Of a DNA stretch of 64,000 nucleotides, positions 33,301 to 48,077 are shown in pieces. Below the pieces are notes generated by a model. The model made no database searches, was not told the DNA's origin, and saw only the letters and a program-made list of their open reading frames with translations. The stretch covers positions 806,001 to 870,000 of the forward strand of contig MCFH01000008.1 of the NCBI GenBank assembly GCA_002104945.1, in the 5' to 3' direction. This DNA is from Piromyces finnis finn (lineage: Eukaryota; Fungi; Neocallimastigomycota). Position numbers and translations under genes: made by a program. How positions within the stretch are numbered: the first letter of the stretch is position 1; each line of letters starts with the position of its first letter.

Positions 33301-33423
33301 ATTTTCTTACATTTTACAAATAAAAATAAGTTTTAAAAGTAAAAAAAAATATATAAAATAAAAAAAATTAAATAATATAAATATTAAAGAAAGAAAAAAT
33401 CATGATATAATAAAAATAAATAA

Positions 33424-33434
<11 letters not shown>

Positions 33435-33511
<77 letters not shown>
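33435..33511. repeat. (ATT)n microsatellite
   Basis: About 25 ATT units with one substitution. Confidence 0.9.
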
Positions 33512-33512
<1 letters not shown>

Positions 33513-34289
33513 GTTAATTTAAATTACAATTTATAGTTTCATAATAAATATATATATTTAATAAAGTTATTTTTTTTTGTTGTTGTTGTAATGCACTATT
33601 ATTATTATTATTGTTATTATTGTTATTATTTATATCATTGAATTAAATATTGATATAATTATTATGAATTACAACAACTTTAAATAAAAAAAAACACTAA
33701 AAAGCTTAAAAATATTTATATAAAATAAATTATGTTATATTTACATAATCATGATATTAAAAATCATAATGCATAAATAAATATATATATAATTGTTTAA
33801 TCTATAACTTTAATTAAAACTTTTTTAGCAATATAATAAAAAATCTTTACCATACTTTTAATAAAAATAAAATTAATACAACAATGAAAATACATATATA
33901 TAATATAAATCTTTCTTATTTTTTATTAGAAATTCTCATTTTATAATACACTTGCATTCATGCACGCAAAGAATATTTTTAAATATATTTATAAAATTAT
34001 AATATATAAAAAGGAGAAATCTAAAAATAAAAATAAGCATATATTATTATTAGCAAATTGTTAAAAACATAATTGATATTTTTAATGAATAAAAAAAAGG
34101 AATTAAATATATTTTTAAAAATTTTAGTTCCTATAAAGTTAAATAATCTTATAATTTTATATAATAATAAATTATATATAAATTATATAATTAATATTAA
34201 TTATTAATTAAAGTTTTATTTTCATTTATATCATTTGATATTAAAATGATTATAAAGATGCATACAATAAAGAAACATCAACATTCTTT

Positions 34290-34320
<31 letters not shown>

Positions 34321-35552
34321 TTTTTTTTTTTTTTTAATGGTATATAAATTCAAAAATTCAAAAATTTATTAAATAATAAATAATAAATTTAAAAAAAAAA
34401 ACCTTATAACTTCTTTTATAAAAATTTGACTTTTCTCTATTTATTTGGATTTAGAATTATTAAATAATAATGTCTAATAATAAAATAATTCTTATAATTA
34501 TCATAATAATAAAAAAGAACAGTATTAAATATAATAAATATATTTTTTATACATAATAAAAATGATAATTATTCACTTTTATTCAATTCTTCATATTTTA
34601 TTAAAATTTTTTATTAAAATTTTTTATTTCATGAAAATTTTTGTACAACCTAACAATGTTTATATAATAATAAATAAATCATATAATATTAATTTAAAAA
34701 GTTTTTTTTAATCCTGTCCTGTATTTTTGAATAAAAGAAAAAAAAGAATACCTAGCTTTATTTTTTTTTCCTTTTATTTTTTAATGTAAAATATTAAAAT
34801 ATTTATTAAAATTTTAATATGAAGTTTGGGTGTGTAATTATATAATTAAAATATCAAAGGCATGTTATTTTTCATATAATGAACTTAGTATTAAATAATA
34901 AAAATAATTACAATAGCAGCAGTAGTAGCAACAATAACAACAACAATAATAATAACAATTGAATAATGTATATAAATTATTATAGTAATTATTGATAAAA
35001 TAATAGATTATTATTTAGAATTAAAATCTTTTTTTTGTATTAATAATTAAAATTCATTTCAATTTTTAATCTTGTGTGACGCATTAATTATTAATAAAGA
35101 ATGTTCATCTAATAATCTAATCATTCAATTAATTGATTATTAATTATTAATAAAAATATATTAAATATATTAATAATTATTCTTTTTTTTTTTTTTCTAA
35201 AAATAAAAAAGTTCAATTAGATAATAATTTAATAGTTTATATAATTGAATTTAAAAAAAAAAAAAAAAAAATTTGATATACAAGATTCTTTATAACCAAT
35301 TATATATACAATATACCAATAAAAAAATAATAAATTGAAAATAAATTTAAATTCATTTATTTATAATAAAACTAAATTTAATGTTTTCAATTCAAAATTT
35401 ATTGAAGATATTTACTTGAATTAAATAATTTTATTTCAATAATAATAAAAAATATAATATATAATATTATAAAATTTAATTAATTATTAATAAAAGAAAA
35501 TATAGGAGCCTTTATAGTACATATTCAATAATAATAATAAGAATAAGAATAA

Positions 35553-37853
35553 ATGAGTAACTCAAATTCTGACAGATTTCTTTTTGGTCAACTCAATTCT
35601 AATTATCTAAATCCATATGATTGGATTGAACTTGAAAATGTTAAATCTTCATATCAAGATACTAATATAGGTGCTAATAATTTCCCTTTCAGAACAGGCG
35701 GAATAGTTTTAACAGAAGAAGAAAAAGAAGAAAAAGATAATAATCTTGAAATTATTGATTCAGTTTATTCAACAATAAATCAATATTTAAAAATATTTGA
35801 TAAAAAAGTTTTGAAAAGTGATGAAAAGAATTTTTCTAATATGGACCACAAAACTTTAAGTGGAATGATGGAAAATTTTAGAACTAATATTGATCAATTA
35901 TTAAGGCTTTTGAAAGGAAATCGTTATCCTTTATTAGCTTTAATAGGTAGAAGAGGTTGTGGTAAAAGTTCTTGCATTAATGCTATAGTTGGTAAATACA
36001 TCTATTTAATATATTTACAATTTTTATTAATTATATATTAAATAAGAATTAACCTAATTGAAAAGATATAATATATTCTGTTCCTGTTTTCATTATCAAT
36101 GAATAATAGGTCAACTTATTGCTGAACCTGGTCATATTAGAGCTCAAACAGGTCATGCAAAAATTCTCCTTTATCGTGGCAATGATAATAGTGGCATCGA
36201 TGTTTTAGATACTCGTGGTATTAATGAAGGAGAAAGACCTGAAGAGGATGATATTGCTGAAACCGCTGTTGGTAAATATCAATATTTATTAGATTTACTT
36301 TAAATTAATATTTATTATATTTCAACAATTAACTTATTTAAATTATATAAAACATAAATATATGTATTCTTATGAATAAAAGATTCTATTGTTAGTGCAT
36401 TATCTCAAGTTCCAGTAGATTGTATTTTATATTTACATAAAGCTAAAGAGTTAGATTCTGGTATTGAATCTGATTTACAAATTCTCAATCAAATTATTGT
36501 TAAAACTAATTTAAAATCAATAAGTAATTCTTATTTTTTTTTTTTTTATTATTATAACTATTATTATGGTTATTATAAATAATAATAATAAAAAAATAAA
36601 AAAAAAAAAAAAAACTAATTTTTTTTTCTATAAAAAGAAATACCAATTATTGGTGTAATTACCCATTGCGATGAACTTGAACCATCTGATATAAAAAAAC
36701 CATCTGAATGTATAAATATTTAAAATTTTTAACATAAAACTAATATTTATAAAAAATATTAATATTAACAATCAATATAATAATATTCACATAAAACATT
36801 AACATTACAGATGATGAAGAAAAGTTAGAAAATATAGAATTAGCAAAGAATTTCTTTAAAAATCAATTGGATAAATATGCACCAGATTTAAAAGATTGTA
36901 TTGTCGGTGTTGAAGCTATTTCTTCTTCTGTTATTTGGAATAAAATTCCTGATGAAAATGGTGCTATTTTACCAAAACGTGATTATCGCTATAATATAGA
37001 TAAAATTATGGATTTATTGATGAATAATATAAATATGCAAGCTATGTTTAAAACTGCACAAGTTTGTAGAGTTCAATTAATAAAAACTAATTTTGCTAAT
37101 ATGTTAATAAAGGTAATTATTTATTATTAAATAACCAATTATAAATCTATTGATATATTTTTGAATTTTATTTAAAATTTAATTTATGAAATAAGTAATT
37201 ATATTAATTTTCTATATTTATTATTTTTAAATATTAGTTATTTGCTTCTGTTACTGCAGTAGTTAGTACATTACCAGTTCCAACAGCAGACTCAGTTCCA
37301 TTAAGGTAATATATATAAAAATATTAAAAATATATATGAATGTTATAAATAAAATTTAAAATGTTGAAATATTAATAATTAAAATATATAATTTAATTTA
37401 TCAATGATATTTTATATATACATTTATTATTGCATTCCAAATAAAAGTGCACTTGAAATTTGGATGGTTTATACGATAGCAAAATTAGGAAATAATAAAT
37501 TGTCATGGGATTCTACAAAAAAATTCTTAGGTATGCTAGGAGTATCAGGTATAGCACGTTATTGTGCTCGTAAAGTTATAAGTTCTTTTTCTAAACTCTT
37601 TCCAATTGTGGGATATGGTACATCAGCAGCTATTACCTATTCTATTACACTTGGTCTTGGTAAATCAGCAATTGCTTTCTTTTTAGAGAATAAAAGTGAT
37701 GAGGAAGTAAAAGAAATTTTTAATGCAGCAAAATTAGCCATTGATGAATATAACTATCTATCTACGGAAGAAAGAGTTGAATTTGATAAACAATTCGTTG
37801 AGGGAATGAAAGAAGTTTCAAGAAGAGATGATAACACTAGTAGTAAAAAATAA
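35553..37853 (+). CDS. TRAFAC GTPase (YfjP/YeeP/Era-like) with C-terminal DUF697-like hydrophobic domain, copy 1
   Basis: Seven exons. G1 GRRGCGKS, G2 AQT, G3 DTRG, G4 THCD; then YRYNIDKIMDLL and C-terminal PVPTADSVPLSALEIWMVYTIAKL...KLFPIVGYGTSAAITYSITLGLGKSAIAFF, typical of bacterial GTPase-DUF697 proteins. Confidence 0.82.
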
Positions 37854-39643
37854 CTTTAATAGATTTATTTATATTATATCTTACCCATTTTTACACTGGA
37901 CAAAAAAAAAGGCCTCGTCGGATTAATTACATCATGCATCAATATAAAGAAAATTAATTTTTATTTTTGATTACATAAATCAATAATGATTATTAATTTA
38001 AAAATAAATTATAATATTAATAAGCACATTTTATTTTTTTTATTTAATTATACTTTATTACAACGCAACTATCAAAAATAGAATAAACAATAAATGTAAC
38101 AATAATAATAATAACAGCAATAATAATAACAACAACAACAATAATAATAATAATAATAATAATAATATAATTATTATTACATCTGTTATATATTAATAAT
38201 AATTTTTTTGATGTTATTCTTATTTCAAAAAAAAAAAAAAAAATTATGAAAAAATCATGATGGATAATAATACAATAATTTATATATAATAAATTATATA
38301 TTTTGATGATCTCTTAAAATATAATCTTTATTTTTAGTCTTATTGAAATTAAGCACAATTATTATTCTCTAGTAATATATAATTATAATTTCTTTTTTTT
38401 TTTTTTTTTTTTTTTTAATAAAACTAACAAAAATATATAGAACCCTTTTTTTTTTTAATTTGTGTTTATTTAAATTTACTTTTTTATTTATTTTATAACA
38501 AAGGTTTCAAAACAATATCAATATCAATAACAATAATGTTATATTAAATTTCATATATATATGAAAATTTCTTATATATATATTTTTAAATATTACAATT
38601 TCCATCATAGAATCATATATATTATTTAGACATTAAATATTCATTTTCTTTTCAGGAATATTACAATGTAATAATCATATTATTAAAAAAATTTTTGTAA
38701 ATTATTTTAAACATGGTATTTGATAATTTAATAATATATTTATGTATCAATTCAAACTATATTTCCATATTCACACCTTTCAACAACTTTTGAAGATTTC
38801 AATTATTTATCATTATTGAAATCCTCTAACTCATCACGGAATAACTTTTTTTTTTATATTTGTTAATTTTAATTTTAAAGTACAAGAATATTTTATATTT
38901 AATTTCACTAATTCCAAAAAAAGAAAAAAAATTAATTAAAATAAATTTTTTTAAAATTTTTAATTTTAAATAATTGGTTCCATCAAAGTAGGTTATAACA
39001 AAATAAATTTCAAATGAAACCATTACAAAATAATAAATAATAAAAAAAAACAATTAAAATAGTATTAATTTTGGTTAATTTCTTTATTATATTACATATG
39101 TTATTTGTTTTATAATAACTTATAAATTTATATTATTCAAGAATATTAGTATAATGTAATGTACTTTTTATAATTTTTAAAAATATTTTTCAACGATAAA
39201 TTGTTTATTTTCAAATAGCCATTATAAATTTTATAGCCACAAGCAATTCAACTCAATTTATGGGAAGAGTTAATTAGTTGGAAAAAAAAAAGATATTAAA
39301 TATTAAAATAAATATAAATTATTACAACTTTTTTTTTTGCTGTCTTTTGTACCTTTAATATTATAAATATAAATTAAAAAAAAAAAAAATAAGTTGTAAA
39401 ATTATACTTTTATATCTGGTTATGATTACTTTTCTTTTAAATTAAAGGATTATACTTTATATTTTAATAAATAACTTGATACATTTTAAATTCGAATTCT
39501 TACACCAATATTAATTTTTATTAAATGATAAGTAATAAAAAGACTATTAATAACAATTAAAAATTTATTTATAAATTCCTCATTTATTAAAATAATTAAA
39601 TTTTGATTTTTTCGACATTTCAATTTAATAATAAAAGATTTCA

Positions 39644-42321
39644 ATGACCAATAATAAAAAAATTATAAATAAAAATAAAACAAAAGTATTCAACTCATTT
39701 GATAAATATAAAAATAAATTTTTTAATTTAAATGAAAACCTAAAGAAAAATTTAAATTCAATTCACATACATAAAAATAAAGAAAGAGAGCCAGATAATA
39801 AAAGTAGAAGCCCTTCACCGGAATTAAGTAAAAAAGGAAAGCAAGTAAAGGATAAAAGTGAAGAATCATCTTCAAATAATTTATCTTCTTCAGAAAATCT
39901 TGAAACAGACACAATTTCAATAATTTCAACAAATAACATGTGTAATTCATCAACTAAAATGGATGTTGACGATATAATTGTAGAAAATTTAATTAATATC
40001 AATGAAAATTCTGAAAGTAAAAAAAAAAATAATGATAATAATAAGCAATTAAAAGGCAGTAGTAGTACCTCTAGTTTTGAAGAAAACATGCCAGACATAC
40101 GAAAAGGAAATATTGAAGATGTGAATATTGATTTTAATAATCTTATCCATAAAGGTGATTCATTCCAATCCGATACATCTTCCACACTTTATGGTAATTC
40201 TAAATTTAATAAAAATAGACAAGATAATGTTGAAGTATTAAATAGTCAGGAAAAGAATAAGAAAATGATGGAGACTATTAATGTAATTAATAATTTAGTT
40301 AATGACTATATTGAACTAATAAATAAAAAAAACAAGGAAAATGATACAAAGCAACCCGAATTAATTAATTTAGAAAATTTCCATAATAGTACCAATTATT
40401 TAATTTCTCTTTTAAATGAAGATAGATATCCATTAATTGCCCTTATTGGCAGAAGAGGTAGTGGAAAAAGTTCATTTGTTAATGCAATTATAGGTAAAAA
40501 AGTTGCGGAATTAGGTAATATTTGTTCTCAAACTGGTAAAGCCAATTTTTTAAGTTATCGTGGCAATAATAACAGTGGAATAGATATTCTGGATACTCGT
40601 GGTATTAATGAAGGCCAAAAACCACAAGAAGAAGATCAGTATGAAACTCCAGTTGGTAAGTATTAATAATTAATATATATAAATATATATTATAATAAAT
40701 GCTTAACCCATTCTTTTTATAATAATAATATCATTAAGAATCAATTGTTGCTGCGCTTACTAAATACCCAGTTGATTGTATTTTATATTTACATAAAGCC
40801 AAAGAATTAGATTCAGGTATTGAATCAGATATCCAACAATTAAACGAAATAATCGTAAAAGCCAATATTCAAAATCTAAGTAAGTATTATTTTTTTCAAA
40901 ACAACAATAACAACAACAACAACAGCAGCAGCAGCAACATATATTTATTAAATAATAGTAAAATAACTCTATTTTTTTATTATTATTATTTTTTAATTTT
41001 TAAAAAATTCTTAATACCTCTTTGTAATATTTAGAAATTCCAATTATTGGTATTGTTACTCATTGTGATGAATTAGAACCTTCAGATTTGAAAAAGGCTA
41101 TAGATTGTAGGTTTAAAAAAAAAAAAACATATAAACTCATCAATTTTATTTTAATATTGGTTAAAATATAATAATTTATATACTTAACTATTTTTCAATA
41201 CTCAAACATTATTATAATTATTTATTTCTTTAAATAATAGATGATGAAGAAAAATTAGAAAATATTTTAAAAGCACAAGCATTACTAAAACAACAACTAC
41301 TTAAATATGCACCAGATATAAAAGATTGTTTAGTTGGTGTTGAAGTAGTATCATCAGCAATTATATGGAAAAAAGAACCAGATGAAAATGGTGACATTCT
41401 TCCAAAACGTGACTATCGTTATAACATTGATAAAATTATTGATTTATTAATAAATAATATAAAATTAAAAGCTATGTTTAAGGTATGTTTTTTTCTTTTT
41501 TTAAAAAGAAAAAAAAAATTAGAAAAAAAATTAATTTTCCTTGTTTTCAAATAATTTTAGATTGCTCAAATATGTAATATTCAAGAAGTTAAAGTGAAAT
41601 TAGCAAATGAGCTTTCAGAGGTAAAAATAATAATAATAATAATGATTTAGTATTATAAAGTATTTACATAAAAAATAATGTAAATATAGTATTATTTAAT
41701 TATCATTATTATTAATAAAATCTATTTTTTAATATTAAATAATAATAGTTAATAAGTAGTTTTGTTACTGTAATCAGTTCTGTGCCAAATCCTTATTCCC
41801 AAAATCTTCCATTAAAGTAAGTTTAAAAAATTAAAAGAAAACAAAAGAAAAAATCAAATAAATAAAAATTAATAATAAATAGACAAATAAACAATAAAAT
41901 TAAATTCTTTTTTTTTTTTATTTAATTAAATTTTATATAAATCATAAATCATAGTGATTTAAGAGTATGGATGATCTATACAATCGCTCGTTTAAATAAT
42001 TCAACGGTGACGTATGAAACTGTTTATGAATTTTTAAATATGTTTGGTTTTCTACGACTTTCAGGCTATGCTATTTATAATGTAGTTGGAGCTATTACAA
42101 AAGTTATTCCAGGTTTTGGTAATAAAGTTAACCTTCGATCAAAAAAAGCGCTTTCCTTAGCGTTAGGAAAAGCTGCAATTGCTTACTTTTTGGAAAATAA
42201 AAGTCAAGACAATGCTATAGAAATCTTTAACGCCACACGTAATGAACTAGAAAAGACAATCACTGAAGAAAGTCTTCAAGCACACCAAGACATGATTAAT
42301 AGTTTAAATCATATGGAATAA
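39644..42321 (+). CDS. GTPase + DUF697-like protein, copy 2 (tandem paralog with long low-complexity N-terminus)
   Basis: Seven exons. RYPLIALIGRRGSGKSSFVNAIIG, LDTRGINEG, PVDCILYLHKAKELDSGIESD, THCDELEPSD and PKRDYRYNIDKI are near-identical to copy 1. Confidence 0.82.
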
Positions 42322-42328
42322 ATATCAA

Positions 42329-42364
<36 letters not shown>

Positions 42365-42436
42365 CATATAATACCACATTTTTGAAAACAATAAAGTATT
42401 ATTATTCATTATTTATTAATTATTTTTATTTTAAAT

Positions 42437-42471
<35 letters not shown>

Positions 42472-42843
42472 GAGAGAATTTAGATATATAATATATTATA
42501 TTTATTTCCTATTAATTAATTACTTAAATTTAATATTCTAATCTTTAAAAATATTTTAAAATACAACAGGATTTGGTTACATACTATATACATATAATAA
42601 ATTAAACATCTTTTATTTATTATTTTATTTTTATAATTACTCTTAGAATAGTATATATGAAATATATTGTAATAAAAATTTATATAAATATATATAAATT
42701 GTAATAGATATGGTTGTAAATGATAATTTCTTATATTTAAATATTCTTGTAAATTCATATGTCGTTTATTTCCCTTGATTATTTTCATATATTTTTATAT
42801 TTGTACTGTATTTAACAATTATATAATTTTTAATATCTAAAAT

Positions 42844-44656
<1,813 letters not shown>

Positions 44657-46071
44657 CTTTGTTTTTAATTATTATTTTTTGAAAAAAAAAGTTATATATC
44701 GATATTATTAATTATTGTATATATTTTTTTTTGAAAAATAATAATTGATAATCGGTCAGATGATAAAAAATTCTAATATTGTCGTTGTTGTTTATTTGCT
44801 TTAGTTTTTATTTTTTAAAAATTCTTAATTAAGAAATTTTATAATGAATCTTTATATTGAGAAAACAATATATTTCATTAAGTGTTATTGTTGTTGTTGT
44901 TGTTTTTCTATTTTATTTATTGAAAAAAAAAAGGCCAATAAAATGGAAATTAAATTCTTTTAATACTCCTTTTATTTAGAAATCTTATATTCTTAAAGTT
45001 TTTATAAAAAGATTGATGTAAAATAGCTTTTTTTCTATATTTCTCTCGAAGAATTCAGTTTTATTTATTGAAATTTATTGTTTATATGAAATATAAATAT
45101 TAAAAGAGCTAAATAATAGAAAATAAATAAATTAATATTATATAAATTTACAATTACAATAATAAATATATTAAATTTACAAAATTTTTTTTTTCCTTTT
45201 ATTACCATATATTGCAGAAATTGAACTATGATTCAAATATTATTATTTCTCTGTGTAATAAAACTTTTAGAGTAGAAAAAGATAATTTGAATTTACAAAG
45301 GATGAATAAAAATAATAAAATATAATTTTAATAAATAACTTTTTATAAATAGTTTTATAATTTTTAATAAATTTTAAAATAATTTTTAATCTTTAGAATT
45401 TTTTACAAAAAAGTTTTAATTTAATTATTTTCTTTTTGTGAATATTGATTTCTATATTACTAAAAATGATTTATAAATCTACAATATATATTTGTTTTTT
45501 AAGATAATAATATAAGTATTTTAACTGGTATTATAGTGTTGATTTTTATACAATAAATCTATACAAGATATAATTTGTTGAATTAATTTTTCTAATGGTT
45601 TTTATTTTTATTTTAATTATTGATTTTGTATATTATTTATATTCAATCGATTTATATAGTCTTTATTTTTTAAGTAAATTTATTATATAAATTATAATTT
45701 ATATACTTTATATTCTTTAAATTTGAAATCATAATGACAATAAACAAAATTTTATTATTACTTGTTTCTTATTTATCGAAAAAGAAAAACACTTCTTAAT
45801 ATAACAAAAATCCTTTTAATTATAATTGCTATTATGTTCATAAGTTTTTGTTATAAATGTTGTTTTCTTTTTCACTTTTTTAAATAAAAAGTAATTAAAA
45901 TAATATTGTAAATACAATTAATCTATTGATTGATTTTTCATTATTTATTATTTATATATTTTTATTTTTTATATAAATCAAATTATATAAACAATTATAT
46001 AATTAAACAATTATTTAATATAATATGTTTATGTTAATTAAAATATAAGACTATGTTTATTTAATTATAAG

Positions 46072-46078
<7 letters not shown>

Positions 46079-46141
<63 letters not shown>
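46079..46141. repeat. (ATT)n microsatellite
   Basis: About 21 perfect ATT units. Confidence 0.9.
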
Positions 46142-46142
<1 letters not shown>

Positions 46143-48077
46143 AGAAAGAAAATTGTTTTCTTTTACATGTATATAATCAATTATAGAATATAAAAATAAT
46201 AAAGAGATTTTGACAGTCTTACTCTAGAAAATATAACTTTAAATATGCTTGAATTAATAGTTATAATTATTATAATTAATTATATATAATAATTAATTTT
46301 ATTTATTTTATTTATTTATTATACACATTATATTCATAATTAATTATTTATTATATATATAAATGGTTAATCATTATAATTAGAATAGGATATTATTAAA
46401 ATTATATATATTAAATATATTAACAGTATATTGTAATTATATTAAAGAATGTTGATATATCCATTATTAGTATTATTAATAAGTTTAATAACAAAATTTA
46501 ATTAATAATATATATTAATTTAATTATAATTCCATATATTATATTACTATAATATTTATTTTAAGTATATTATATCATATATTATATATAAATAATATTA
46601 TATATTTGTATATATTAGATCAAGATTTATATATATAAAGATAGAACTAACCGCAAGAAATATGTATAAAATGAGGATTATACATTATAAAGATATTTTA
46701 ATATTTTTCATTCTGCATTTCTTCAACGTTTCCCTCATAATTAAAAAAAAAAGATAATAATTAATGATATTATTAAAATACATGAAATGGAATGTTTAGT
46801 AATATTAGAATATAGTGATAAATAATAAGAAGAAATTAAATTAAAAGTTTATGTATATACATTTCATATTAGAGATATTAATATAATATTATGTATCATT
46901 ATATCTAAAATTTTGAATCGATTTTTTTTTATTACTTTCAGACATTTAAATATTTAATACAAAATAAATATAGATAATATCATTTTAACATCTTTAAAAA
47001 AATAATCTATAATTATCATAAATTAAAAATAGTTATTTTTAAATAATTATATATATTTAATTAAAAATGTTTATATAGATAAATGAATATTACAGTTTTA
47101 ATTGATTATCTTAATTCATTATAGTCACTCCATTTTATATGATTTTTAATGGTTTATAAAGTTATATCTTTTTGAATTTGATTATTGTTCTTACTGCCGT
47201 TTTTCCTTTATTCGAATATTTCTATTTTTATTTAACATCCAACTTTATTTACAATTGCCACATGTAAATTTCATGTTTCATAAAATTAGAAAAAAAAAAT
47301 AATTCTTTTAATTTATTTTTTTTAATTAATTTCGTGTAACATTAAAATGTTCTAAAAATGGAATATTAACCTTTAAAAAACATTTAAATAATTGCCAAAA
47401 AATATATAAATGTTATTATAACCATACACTTATAATAATGGAAGGTCTCCACATAGAAAAATTTAAAGAAACAATAAATTCATCGTTCCAAAAAATAAAA
47501 GTTTTTTTTTTTTTTTTTTTCAAAAAATAATATTAGAACTTTTTTATTGTTAACAAAATATAATAAGATAATAATAAAAGGTTTAATGTTTATAATAATA
47601 TTATTAAATATTCTTTCTAATATAATTTAAGAATTTTTTATTATAATATATATAAAGATATGGAAATTCATTTAAAGTTTTTATATATATAATAGGGTTA
47701 GTTAACTAACCCTTTATATATTAATCAATTATAAAAAAAATATAGTTTTACTTTTTAAATTTTTTTCTAATAAATATTTTATATAGAAAAATTAGATGTT
47801 GAGCATTAAATATATAAAATATAACTTTATTATTGAAAATGAAAAAACATTTATATGCAATGATTAATAGTATTCATAAAAATATTTAATAATTTAAATA
47901 ATAATACTATTATATTGTAAATAGTCATATATATATCAATATTCATCTTTTTGTTTGATATATCTTAAAAATTTAAATATAAATGTTATACAATATTATC
48001 TTGTATGAAAATCATTTTATTTATTCTTTTTTTTTTTTTTTTTTTCTAATAGGTTTTTGTTAAATATATTAATAATT

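Noticed and set aside
47160-47460. Ankyrin-like words (LHVAIVN, NKGKTA) in broken frames
   Set aside because: Too short and fragmented to distinguish from chance.
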